Below are positions 10,076-19,564 of a stretch of 64,000 bases of DNA, piece by piece. A model generated the notes under the pieces. It ran no database searches. It saw only the letters and a list, made by a program, of their open reading frames with translations, and was not told the DNA's origin. Both the position numbers and the translations under genes were made by a program. Each line of letters starts with the position of its first letter. Within the stretch, counting starts at the first letter, position 1. Source of the DNA: Candidatus Heimdallarchaeota archaeon (GTDB lineage Archaea; Asgardarchaeota; Heimdallarchaeia; Hodarchaeales; Hodarchaeaceae). Location: assembly GCA_020353515.1 (NCBI GenBank), contig CP070695.1:821057-885056 (forward strand), read 5' to 3'.

Positions 10076-13000
10076 TCACGAGCAATTTACACAGCGAGCG
10101 ACTACTTCTTCATTTTTTATCTTGACTTTGACCCGACCACATTCGTTACAGACCAGAGCTTGACACTTTTTACAATTGGACATGTGATCAGGACAGAAAT
10201 TTTTGCTACAACCATCGCAAATCTTGGCAGTACTCTTGCCTTCAATTTGACCACACTCAGGACAGGTGAACAGATAATCAGATTCACATTCTTTACAGAC
10301 AGGTTTTTGCTCAGTATGTCCCATTTTGTATGGAAATTTTTCACTAAAGCCTTTTCCACAGACAACACAATTCCAAGAGTGATCGTTACATAGGATTCCA
10401 CCTGTTGATTCGTCAACAACCCCACAAGCAGTGCACAATGGCTTCTTGCAGACAATACATTCTTGTGAATGATCAATACAAGCTTTCTTTCCACAATCTG
10501 AACAGAACGTAATATGTTCGCTGCAGAACGTTTTTAAACATTCTAAACAGACAAAAATAGGAGGAGATATTTCTGCTTCTAACAAAGCCTGATAGTAATT
10601 TTCAGTACTGATCTGTTGTCCACATCCATCACATGTGATGTCTGCATTCCCATTGTATAAGTTTAAATTTATTATAAGCTTCTTTTCCAGGCCCTCTTCT
10701 GTAGTTTCATTTTTTATTGTAGTTGGCACTAAAAGTCTAGGAATCCAGTAAATAGCTTTTTCAGAGATGGAAACATCGGCTTTTCCTGGACGAAGAAAAT
10801 CTTGAGGAACCCCTCTTGACTTTAACTTTGCAATTGCTTGATGGAATTCTTCATAAGCTGCTTCTTGCTCCTTCATTAAGTCTTGTCGTTGACTTTCTAT
10901 CTCTTTAATTTGGTCACGGAAATCTCGAATTTTTTCTTCGTGTCTTGTAATTTTAGTTTCACTAGATTCGATTGAGCGCTCAGTTGCTTTACTTGATTTC
11001 CCTTCAGCATCACGAGCACGTTTCTCTGCTTGGAGATTTTCCAACCTTATCATTGTTTCATCTAATTTTCGGCTCTCTTTTTCCCTTCTTTCTTCTACAC
11101 GACCAATTTGTGTTGATATCTTTGATAATTCTTTTCTTACTTTTCTTCCAGCTAATTTCTCAACTTCATTCTTTTCAAACTCTCGTAATTGATGATGATA
11201 TATCGCCTCTGCTTCTCTAAAGGGATTCTGGGTAAAATACCAAATAATATTATCTGGTAATTTTGTAATTATTTCCTTATCAAGTTTATAAAACTGCACA
11301 CCATCCATAGGTTGGATTGATAGATCATTTGGCGGCAAAGATGATGCGTGAATTCCCTCAATCGTAGTTGCATTCCACTCTATCTTTCTACTTAAATCAA
11401 ATGATCGAATCATCTCTTCAGTGATTTCTACAGGAAACTCAAGTGACCCCTCTTTGATTCCCCGCTTAATGTTAATTTTAGTTGTGCTATAATAGAGAGG
11501 TGAATAGAAATTCGTTGCTTTTCCAAACTGCACAGAAAAACCATCTATATTGGGATCCCCACTGACGCTCAATCTATCGAAAATAATGATATCGCGTTGT
11601 TTTCCCTTTATAGGGATTTTAGGATTAAGAAATCGTTCAGTAATTTTCCCCGTTGCTGGTTTCTTTTTACTGAATTCAAATTCTATTTCTGGTGCTTCTT
11701 CTACTACCTCAGCTTTAACAACCTTTTTTGACTTTTCTTTCTTCTTGGGTTTTGGTGGTCTAAGTGTTAAAACTCTAATCTCGTTGTCTGTCAAAGGACC
11801 CTTGTGGAGACTTAGTAACCATCGAGTCTTTAGTCTATTCACTCCATATTTCGGATTATACATGATAAAATTGCCTGGTTTTAATGCCCGTATTTGTCCC
11901 ATAAGTTTAGAGAATTCTTGTGGTGTTCCACCTGCTCCTTCAAAAACTGGTTTTAATGCTCCTTCGACTTTCGCAATATCCTGATTCGTAGCTAACCTTC
12001 CCAAAACCCAGGTTGCAATATTGGAAAGACCACGATAATCTAGATCTCCAGGATTTTGTGTGGCTAACACACAACCTAAACCTGCTGCTCGTGCTTGTTT
12101 CAGAATTATTAATAATGCGGTTTTGGAAGGTGGACTTAATGAACCAGCTGGCATGAACCCGTACAGTTCGTCAAAATACAAGATAGCTCGTAATCGACTG
12201 GTTCCTCCCTTTGACCACACCCACCGTTGTACCTCTCCTAGTATTTCAGCAACAAAATTACTCTTCTCATCAGCATCGGTGATCTTCCGAAGGTCAAACA
12301 CAATTATCGGAGTTTTGTTCTTTTTCTTTGCTAATCCTATTAACTTCTCGAAATCTAAATCTACTCCAGGTACCGCCCTAACCATAAGCGCATTGATGTT
12401 CCTCGCCAATTCTGATCGTTTAGTATTAGAAATAAATTTATCAACTTCTAATGAACCGACCTTTTCAAATGGTGGGTTTTGAATACCCTCTATGAGTTGA
12501 TCCAGTTCCACATTCTTTTGCTTACCTTTCTCCCAAGAGTTTCTGATAAGGTTACTAAGAAAAATTACTCTATTATCGGTTGAAGAGCTCGTCCCAATAC
12601 CACAACGAGAGAGTAATAATTGAATTTTCAGATCTAATGCGCTTAAAAGAGCATCAGGAGATTCGACCATCAATTCATCATAGTTAGGAGGTTTTTCAAA
12701 GCTGGGAGTCAAGGATATTTGGACACCCGCGGAATTTTTGGGAGTAATAAGAATGACTGCCACCTTATCAGAGAAATCTTTCTCAACTTCTACATATTCA
12801 TCCCCATACGAATCTTCCAGTTTATCCTGATAAAGCTCAATCCATTCTTCAGCTATTTGTCCTGGGTCTCCACCCCCACGATCTTCCGCTTCTACTTCAG
12901 CATGAACTAGTAATTTATCTTTAGTGAACTCACCAAGGCCAATACCTAATGCTCCAATATCCCCCTTGGGATCAACTGCAATAATAGGAATGTCCGCTCT

Positions 13001-13165
13001 GATTGCTTCTTCTACAATTGACTTACATACAACAGTTTTCCCAGAACCACTTGCCCCAAGAATAGCTGCATGAGTTAAAAAGGTAGTACTTGGTATTTTA
13101 AACTGCTCCTCCCCGATTCTTCCTAGATAAAACTCTGGATCTGACATATCAACACCATTTATCAC
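10076..13165 (-). CDS. HerA/FtsK-superfamily (DUF87-like) ATPase with central coiled coil and C-terminal Cys/His-rich Zn-binding repeats
   Basis: THAAILGASGSGKT (Walker A), VDPKGD, LYFDELYG (Walker B), KQARAAGLGCVLATQNPGDLD (Arg finger/TQ motif). Coiled coil at ~aa 660-780; repeated CxxCxxxxCxxH/C at the C-terminus. Confidence 0.85.
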   Translation of the reverse strand: MINGVDMSDPEFYLGRIGEEQFKIPSTTFLTHAAILGASGSGKTVVCKSIVEEAIRADIPIIAVDPKGDIGALGIGLGEFTKDKLLVHAEVEAEDRGGGDPGQIAEEWIELYQDKLEDSYGDEYVEVEKDFSDKVAVILITPKNSAGVQISLTPSFEKPPNYDELMVESPDALLSALDLKIQLLLSRCGIGTSSSTDNRVIFLSNLIRNSWEKGKQKNVELDQLIEGIQNPPFEKVGSLEVDKFISNTKRSELARNINALMVRAVPGVDLDFEKLIGLAKKKNKTPIIVFDLRKITDADEKSNFVAEILGEVQRWVWSKGGTSRLRAILYFDELYGFMPAGSLSPPSKTALLIILKQARAAGLGCVLATQNPGDLDYRGLSNIATWVLGRLATNQDIAKVEGALKPVFEGAGGTPQEFSKLMGQIRALKPGNFIMYNPKYGVNRLKTRWLLSLHKGPLTDNEIRVLTLRPPKPKKKEKSKKVVKAEVVEEAPEIEFEFSKKKPATGKITERFLNPKIPIKGKQRDIIIFDRLSVSGDPNIDGFSVQFGKATNFYSPLYYSTTKINIKRGIKEGSLEFPVEITEEMIRSFDLSRKIEWNATTIEGIHASSLPPNDLSIQPMDGVQFYKLDKEIITKLPDNIIWYFTQNPFREAEAIYHHQLREFEKNEVEKLAGRKVRKELSKISTQIGRVEERREKESRKLDETMIRLENLQAEKRARDAEGKSSKATERSIESSETKITRHEEKIRDFRDQIKEIESQRQDLMKEQEAAYEEFHQAIAKLKSRGVPQDFLRPGKADVSISEKAIYWIPRLLVPTTIKNETTEEGLEKKLIINLNLYNGNADITCDGCGQQISTENYYQALLEAEISPPIFVCLECLKTFCSEHITFCSDCGKKACIDHSQECIVCKKPLCTACGVVDESTGGILCNDHSWNCVVCGKGFSEKFPYKMGHTEQKPVCKECESDYLFTCPECGQIEGKSTAKICDGCSKNFCPDHMSNCKKCQALVCNECGRVKVKIKNEEVVARCVNCS

Positions 13166-13413
13166 ATTGAAAAGATAAAATATTGATTAGTTTAATTTAA
13201 GAATTAGTAATCCGAAATTACATAAAGTAAGCTGCTAAATAAACTTTATCAACTTGAGTTTATTGATCATATGATATATTAAAAAATTGCTCTTAATTAA
13301 TGCTAGAGTAATTAAAAGATACTCAAGTCCCTCAATAATGCGTTAAAGTATTAGTTATCAAACCAACAGACTCTTCTGCGGACGTAAATCACACAAGGAT
13401 AGGTCAGACTATA

Positions 13414-13995
13414 ATGGTAAACGTTGGAATCCTAGGTACGATGAATTGTGGCAAGACATCGGTCTTCGTTTCATTCATGAATTCCTTAGCATCATCTGAT
13501 GAGAAGATCATTGCTGGTGCTCCAGGTGGCCCAGAAATGTACACAACGCAGACAGTTGATTTCATCAGATTTACTTCTAAGGGGTTTATACATGTTTTAT
13601 ATGGAACTGGGGGACACCAGACCCCTATCACTGATTATTATCGTGTTTACGTTCTAAGAAATGCTAATCGATTTCTTTGTATGTTTGATCTAAGCGAAGA
13701 TCTTGAAGAACAATTCAAATTTTATCGTGGATTCGAAATTCCAACCAAAGCAATTGTTGTTTATCTGAATAAGTATGATCTAGCTCCTGAAAACTTAAAA
13801 AACTACCAAGAAAAAGTTAGTTCATTCTTCATTGATGAACAGAAAAAACTCGTCAGAGATATATTCCCGACAGTTGCATTAAGAACTGTCGATGAGGAAC
13901 ACGAAGAATATAAACAAAATTGTCTAAAAGGGATATTAAGTTTGTGTGATTTTGATCGAGATGCTTCCGCTTTCGATGTCTGGGAAGGACAATAA
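13414..13995 (+). CDS. Small P-loop GTPase, MglA/CvnD-like
   Basis: G1 GTMNCGKT; G2 TTQTVDF (cf. TTVAMDF); G3 LYGTGGH (cf. LFGTPGQ); G4 NKYD. Confidence 0.78.
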   Translation: MVNVGILGTMNCGKTSVFVSFMNSLASSDEKIIAGAPGGPEMYTTQTVDFIRFTSKGFIHVLYGTGGHQTPITDYYRVYVLRNANRFLCMFDLSEDLEEQFKFYRGFEIPTKAIVVYLNKYDLAPENLKNYQEKVSSFFIDEQKKLVRDIFPTVALRTVDEEHEEYKQNCLKGILSLCDFDRDASAFDVWEGQ

Positions 13996-14025
13996 AAACC
14001 TAGAAACTACAGAGGATCAGATGTT

Positions 14026-14940
14026 ATGACTTCTGAAGAAGAAGATCCTTTTACTAAGCTTGTCGAAACACTCACAGTTTTGGAGAATTATAATCGAGCT
14101 CTCTGTCTTATAGCAGTATATTTAGGCCAAAGGGCTGACCAGAATACAGTTCAAGGAATTACAGATATTTTTTCAGCACTTTTAGGGAAGGAGGCGACTG
14201 CAACACCTGCAAAAGTAAGAGGTTTGATAACCTCTCTAGTTAATGTTGGCATTCTTGAACGTGAAAGAGTTAAAATGATTAGCTCAACTAAGGTTTCTTT
14301 CCATTCCATTAGTCCATTGGGTCTTATTGCTTTATTATACGTTCTCATCATGTATCTAATTAAAGATCCAATGCACGGGGTAGAATGGGAAAACTTAATG
14401 TTTGTGGGATATATTTCTAGTGATCGGGAGGAAAATCTTGTTCGTTTCTTAAACAATTCAATCATAGAGAGTAATAGAACAACAGAGAGATTCTGGACAT
14501 CCCTAAAAAGTGGAAAAGAACCGAAAAAAATTAGGATGAGTAAACCACTAGATCTTGATATCATTAAAACCTTCAGTGGTAAAGGCGGGATTAATACGTT
14601 CAAAATTTTAGAAGAACTCATGTGGGATCACCTGAATCTAAATACTGGACTTTCCCAAAATGAGATAGCAAGTCATTTTGAAGGTTCAATAACAAGTAAT
14701 CTTAATAGATTGGCTCCATTTGCCTTGGTGGAACAACTAGAAAAAACAAAATATTATAGATTATCATCTTTAGGCGTTCTTATTTTGCCAGTTTTTGCCT
14801 TAATGATTAAAGCATTATCAGTTGATCAGTCTATATTCCAATCAATGTTAACAAAAAAAGTAACCTCAGAAGATCATCCGTGGATTGTATTGATACGTCA
14901 AGCACGTCTTTTTTTCAAGAATTTATATCAGATACCGTAA
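14026..14940 (+). CDS. Hypothetical protein, probable tandem winged-helix
   Basis: Two similar units: KVRGLITSLVNVGILERE...HSISPLGLIAL and SITSNLNRLAPFALVEQ...YRLSSLGVLIL. Confidence 0.6.
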   Translation: MTSEEEDPFTKLVETLTVLENYNRALCLIAVYLGQRADQNTVQGITDIFSALLGKEATATPAKVRGLITSLVNVGILERERVKMISSTKVSFHSISPLGLIALLYVLIMYLIKDPMHGVEWENLMFVGYISSDREENLVRFLNNSIIESNRTTERFWTSLKSGKEPKKIRMSKPLDLDIIKTFSGKGGINTFKILEELMWDHLNLNTGLSQNEIASHFEGSITSNLNRLAPFALVEQLEKTKYYRLSSLGVLILPVFALMIKALSVDQSIFQSMLTKKVTSEDHPWIVLIRQARLFFKNLYQIP

Positions 14941-15102
14941 TCGTGGAACTAAACATCTGAATTTAATCAAAGAATTGATTTAAGCTAAAAGAAAAAAAAT
15001 CCTCGACTTCAACAAATTTAATTAATTGTCGGGTAAAAGACTTTTTCTGTCGCAAAGATTATCCCATCTATACTGATAAAGTAATCTAGGCTGTGATACA
15101 AC

Positions 15103-16512
15103 ATGATTGTTGTCTTAGATGAACATGACTCACCATTTCATCTTCCCCTTGTGGATTTTCATACCCACATAGGCAGAGTTAAGATTGAAACTACAAAAGG
15201 GGCTTCTCAAAGAGTAAATCGTCCTCAGGATATTATCAACCTTTATGAAAAACTGCAGTATGAGATACATAGGCGTATTTCTCAAGACCAATCAAAATAT
15301 TATGTTACTCTACCTAAAACAGAAGAACTTTCACAACCTTTACTCCCTGTTGTGCAGAGACTACTAGAATTAAATAGCACAAAAGGTAGAGGATGGATCG
15401 TAGATCACATAGTCTGCTTTCCTTTCAACGATATTTTTCATAAAAAGACATCACCAAAATTTATTAAAAGTAATAAGTATGTACGTCATCAAACTCAATC
15501 TTTCGACTTTTCTTTTCGGTTTATTCCATTTTGTAGAGTAGATGTAACTGATGAAGGAGCCTCCGATGAGGTTAAGAACTCTGTTGCCTTAGGAATGAGA
15601 GGATTGAAACTCCATCCAATGTCACAAGGTTGGATTGAGAATATAGTGTCAAACAATTGTAAAGAAGTTTTGCAAACAGCTGGAGATCTCTCAATACCCA
15701 TTATTTTCGATGTTCCTAATAAGGGAGTAGCCGTAGACATCACTAAAATCGCAGATGAAGCTCGTGAAGAGGTTGAATATCCGATTAATGTTATCCTAGG
15801 TCATTCTGCTTTTGATTATAACTCGGAAGAAATCTTTGAATGCTTGGGAAAAGATGGAATGTTTGCTGAGACATCAGGAATGAGAGGAAAAGATGTTGAG
15901 ATCTACTTCAACAATGTTGTAAAGGTAGATGGATGGGAAGAGAAGTTACTATTTGGAACAGATTCAAATTACTTTGGTGTCTTACAAGCAGCCGATTTTA
16001 TTACTTTTCTTCTATCTTGGAAATTCAAAGAGCTTGTTGAAAGCAATGGCTCAGATATTAACCCATTAACGGCAGCTGCAAAAATACTCGGTGGAAATGC
16101 TTTAAGAATTATCCTTCCTTCTTGGATTCAGAATAAGCAGGATCCTTCAAAATCACGCCGTTCGCGCTCTAAAGGATATTTAACTGATTTATCATTATTG
16201 AAATCAAATCTGAAAAAAATTTTGGCAGAAGAGAATACAACAGGAACCATCGATCTCGCTAAACCAGAAAACAAAGAGTATTCAGTTCAAGTCCTGTCTA
16301 TCGGACAATTAGACCGAAAATTCTCTTATATTCTTGAAACTAAGGACAGTTATCAAAAAATTAAACTCAGTCCAATATCTAATCTTAATAGAATCAGTGA
16401 TTTATCTATAAAAACTTTAAATCCAGTCGAATTGGTTTCTAAATCGTGGAGAAGAATACCACGTTTAAAAGAACAAACCTTTCTTGAATTATTAAATGGG
16501 GGAAATGTATGA
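15103..16512 (+). CDS. Amidohydrolase-superfamily metallohydrolase (Amidohydro_2-like) with C-terminal extension
   Basis: VDFHTHIG, RGLKLHP, ILGHS, ETSG, LLFGTD, KILGGNA; overlaps the next gene by ATGA. Confidence 0.85.
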   Translation: MIVVLDEHDSPFHLPLVDFHTHIGRVKIETTKGASQRVNRPQDIINLYEKLQYEIHRRISQDQSKYYVTLPKTEELSQPLLPVVQRLLELNSTKGRGWIVDHIVCFPFNDIFHKKTSPKFIKSNKYVRHQTQSFDFSFRFIPFCRVDVTDEGASDEVKNSVALGMRGLKLHPMSQGWIENIVSNNCKEVLQTAGDLSIPIIFDVPNKGVAVDITKIADEAREEVEYPINVILGHSAFDYNSEEIFECLGKDGMFAETSGMRGKDVEIYFNNVVKVDGWEEKLLFGTDSNYFGVLQAADFITFLLSWKFKELVESNGSDINPLTAAAKILGGNALRIILPSWIQNKQDPSKSRRSRSKGYLTDLSLLKSNLKKILAEENTTGTIDLAKPENKEYSVQVLSIGQLDRKFSYILETKDSYQKIKLSPISNLNRISDLSIKTLNPVELVSKSWRRIPRLKEQTFLELLNGGNV

Positions 16513-19442
16513 GGACTAAAGACTATTCGCTTAAAACGAAATTATATTTTACGCATGGAATTGAGATAGAAAATCACTTAGTTTCCCGAAAAACAGGTGA
16601 AGTCATTGTTGGGGATGAACTTCTCAACGCGTGGGAACAGATGTTTTTGGGTGCAGCAAAATTTATCGAGAAATTGAAGAAAGACAAACATGCACCCAAG
16701 GAGATCTTGAAAAAAATCGAAAAAGTGGAAGTTAAAGAGGAGATCAAAAGAGAAAGACGGTTAAAATTCGTTTTTGTCAACTATAAGCTTGGAAAAAAAA
16801 CCATTCGAGTTAATGTGTTTGGTCCAGATCCCAATATTGGTCAAATTACTTGGTTACTCGAGCTGGTGACTCCTCCTTGTGAGTATTTAGAAGAATTGGA
16901 TTGGTGGATTGATACATTATACGCTGCAGGACTTCAAGGACTACCCTCTGATATTGCGTTACTTCCAATTGGATTAAATCCAACAGAAAAAAGAGTGAGA
17001 AGTGGATTGACATGTGGAGAACATCATCATATAGGGATGCCAAAACAGATACGAATTCCCATCTACAATATGCTTAGAAATTATGTACCTCACTTAATCG
17101 CTCTTAGCACAACATCTCCTTTTTTGGATAGAAAACCAAGTGGAAAAGTCCTAATTCGAAAAAGTAATGGAAAAGAACAAATTATTGGAAGATGTGTTCA
17201 TTCGTTCAGATTACTTAAAAATAGTGGTCAAATGGGGCCAAATATACCTACTTATCTACCAGCTTTAGATAACAAGTCTACTAGGATGGATTTCGCCAAA
17301 TCAGTCAGAAAAGCTCCACCAGATGACCGAATGGTGGACCTATACCCCTTTACGGATTATTCTACGATAGAAGTACGATTTTTTGATGCACAACCTTGGC
17401 CAGAAATTCGATTAGGTATAGTACTTCTAATTCAAGCAATGGCACAGAAAACAAAAAATTTGGTCGAAAATGATGAAGAGATTCCTAAAGTTGCATCTCA
17501 ATGTCTTTACGAAAACCGAAGGAAATCCGTTCAATTTGGTTTACTCGCTCAATTTACCACTGATGATAGATTGGTAGAAGATTTCTCCAAATTCTATAAT
17601 TATGATATTACGACTGGGAAAAAAGCTTCAAAACTGATGCATTCTATAAAATCTTTGTTAGTTTATGTTCAGCACGAACTCGAGGGATTTAATTCAGAGC
17701 TGATTAATTACTTACTAATACCTATCCTTGGTTCAGATAATTATGATTCTCCTCTAACTGTAGCAGAATACTTGCTTTCTTTGTATAAAACATCTGGTGA
17801 AAGTATTTCATTCTTACCAAATTTGTATTATGACCAAGAAAATAGTTACCCATTAGTTGTTGATGGAGATTATAGTTCTCTTCAACCTGTTGAAATTGAA
17901 GATAGAACAGAAATTAAAGCCACTGAATCAGCCCTTCATCAGTCATTACGGAAGGATTTGGCTAAGCGGAAGGTCACAATTCCGAAAGCTGCTAAGAAAC
18001 CACCTAAAAAGAAGAAGGTTCCACGGAAAAAACCAGAGAAAAAGAAAGTCGAAAAACCAGTTGTAGCTCCATCAATTAAGGTCGAGAAACCACCAGTTCT
18101 AGTTAAAAAGACACGAAGAGCTGTAAAAGTGAAAAAACCTGTTCCTATTGGGAAACCAATTGAAGTGGTAGAAGAAGAAATTAAAATTTCAGCCTTCGAA
18201 GAAAGTGAGGATCTTGAAGTATTTTCACCAACTATAGAGGTTGAAGCTAAATACCAGAAAATTGAATCTAGAATAGCAAATGTCATGAGAACTCGACGTA
18301 AAGAAATAGAAGTAAAAAGACGAGAATTTTTCATAGATCATCTAAGAAAAGAACGTGTGGCTTTTAAACCCTCTCCGAAAAAGGTTTCGGCTATCTTTCC
18401 AGCATTGGTTTCTGGACCTGAAGTATTTGGGTATATTGAGCTTAGTTTTCGTGATATTAAACGAGTTATGTATAAATTTCGAAATAATCCCATAACTCTA
18501 ATATTTAGTGCTAAAGAAAAAGAAAAACCAGTGGAATCTAAGATAAACACCAGTATTGATATAGCAAGTCTTGAAGAAAGAGGAATGACTAGAATTCCAT
18601 GTTCAATAAACCTTGGTGAATTATATGGGCAGATCACAGTGAGTGTAGAGGCTATTACTGCAACAAATGAAAGTCTTTTACCAATAAATTTCTCTTTCAA
18701 AGTAGTCCGAAAGGATGAAATAGCAATAAATCCAAAAGAATTCTATGTTACAGGGAATTATGGTCTTGTAGAGTGTATTTTCCAAGCAGTTAATGAATCA
18801 AAAGATTCAGAGAAAGGAGAACTCGAAGTTAATCTTGTAACTCAATCCTTATCGGATCCAGTTCCAATTTACTATACGAAATTTAATTTAAAACCAAAAG
18901 AAAATCTAGAATTAGCAAGAAGTATAGATCTATTGATTAATTATCAACATAGTCCCTTCTACATTGTGTCTCAAATCACAATCGGAAGAATGAAGAAGAA
19001 TAGATCATTTAAGACAATAGGACCGATAAAACCACTGAAAGAGATTTGTGTTGATTGGAATTTCACAGTAGACCCAACAAAACGAACTAATCTCTGGGAA
19101 GGAGTTGAACCAAAGAAACAATATGAAGTAAATTTTGTTTTCCTGTTTATTAAATCAATGCCATATGCTACTATTACAATTCATGTGAATACCCTCCCTG
19201 GGGGACAAACGAAACGATTAGCAAATTTTCGGATTAAAAGAGATCTTGATGCTGGAGACGAATTTGTTATCCCAAATATCAAGTTTAAAACACCAAAAGA
19301 TTGTGGTTACCTCTTTTTTGATGTTGAAATACGAAATGAAATGGGATTAATTCCAATAGATCTCATTTCTGATCCAATTGGAGTCCAAAGTAAAGGTGAA
19401 CAGGCGGCTACATATGAAGAAAGACTTGATTTAACTTTATAA
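16509..19442 (+). CDS. YbdK/GCS2-type carboxylate-amine ligase fused to a Lys/Pro-rich linker and beta-rich C-terminal domains
   Basis: HGIEIENHLV, LELVTPPC, CGEHHHIG, NMLRNYVPHLIALSTTSPF, TIEVRFFDAQP; about 500 extra C-terminal residues. Confidence 0.85.
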   Translation: MRTKDYSLKTKLYFTHGIEIENHLVSRKTGEVIVGDELLNAWEQMFLGAAKFIEKLKKDKHAPKEILKKIEKVEVKEEIKRERRLKFVFVNYKLGKKTIRVNVFGPDPNIGQITWLLELVTPPCEYLEELDWWIDTLYAAGLQGLPSDIALLPIGLNPTEKRVRSGLTCGEHHHIGMPKQIRIPIYNMLRNYVPHLIALSTTSPFLDRKPSGKVLIRKSNGKEQIIGRCVHSFRLLKNSGQMGPNIPTYLPALDNKSTRMDFAKSVRKAPPDDRMVDLYPFTDYSTIEVRFFDAQPWPEIRLGIVLLIQAMAQKTKNLVENDEEIPKVASQCLYENRRKSVQFGLLAQFTTDDRLVEDFSKFYNYDITTGKKASKLMHSIKSLLVYVQHELEGFNSELINYLLIPILGSDNYDSPLTVAEYLLSLYKTSGESISFLPNLYYDQENSYPLVVDGDYSSLQPVEIEDRTEIKATESALHQSLRKDLAKRKVTIPKAAKKPPKKKKVPRKKPEKKKVEKPVVAPSIKVEKPPVLVKKTRRAVKVKKPVPIGKPIEVVEEEIKISAFEESEDLEVFSPTIEVEAKYQKIESRIANVMRTRRKEIEVKRREFFIDHLRKERVAFKPSPKKVSAIFPALVSGPEVFGYIELSFRDIKRVMYKFRNNPITLIFSAKEKEKPVESKINTSIDIASLEERGMTRIPCSINLGELYGQITVSVEAITATNESLLPINFSFKVVRKDEIAINPKEFYVTGNYGLVECIFQAVNESKDSEKGELEVNLVTQSLSDPVPIYYTKFNLKPKENLELARSIDLLINYQHSPFYIVSQITIGRMKKNRSFKTIGPIKPLKEICVDWNFTVDPTKRTNLWEGVEPKKQYEVNFVFLFIKSMPYATITIHVNTLPGGQTKRLANFRIKRDLDAGDEFVIPNIKFKTPKDCGYLFFDVEIRNEMGLIPIDLISDPIGVQSKGEQAATYEERLDLTL

Positions 19443-19564
19443 TTAAAAATTCGGATTTTTTCGAAATAAAATTAGCTTAAAAAAGATTAAGAATACTGAT
19501 GTAGAAGAATGTTAGTTAAGAATTATACGAATTATTCACTAATTAAATTTGAAGAGGCATAATA

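Noticed and set aside
10052-12910. Several 60-145 aa ORFs overlapping the HerA-like gene
   Set aside because: Antisense or alternate-frame shadows with no motifs.
10076-13165. Canonical HerA-NurA-Mre11-Rad50 repair operon or conjugative VirB4
   Set aside because: No nurA, mre11, rad50 or T4SS genes adjacent; the domain architecture differs.
16509-19442. Direct call as Pup ligase PafA/Dop or as gshA
   Set aside because: The motifs match the YbdK/GCS2 branch, no Pup-like small ORF is seen, and the substrate cannot be assigned from sequence.
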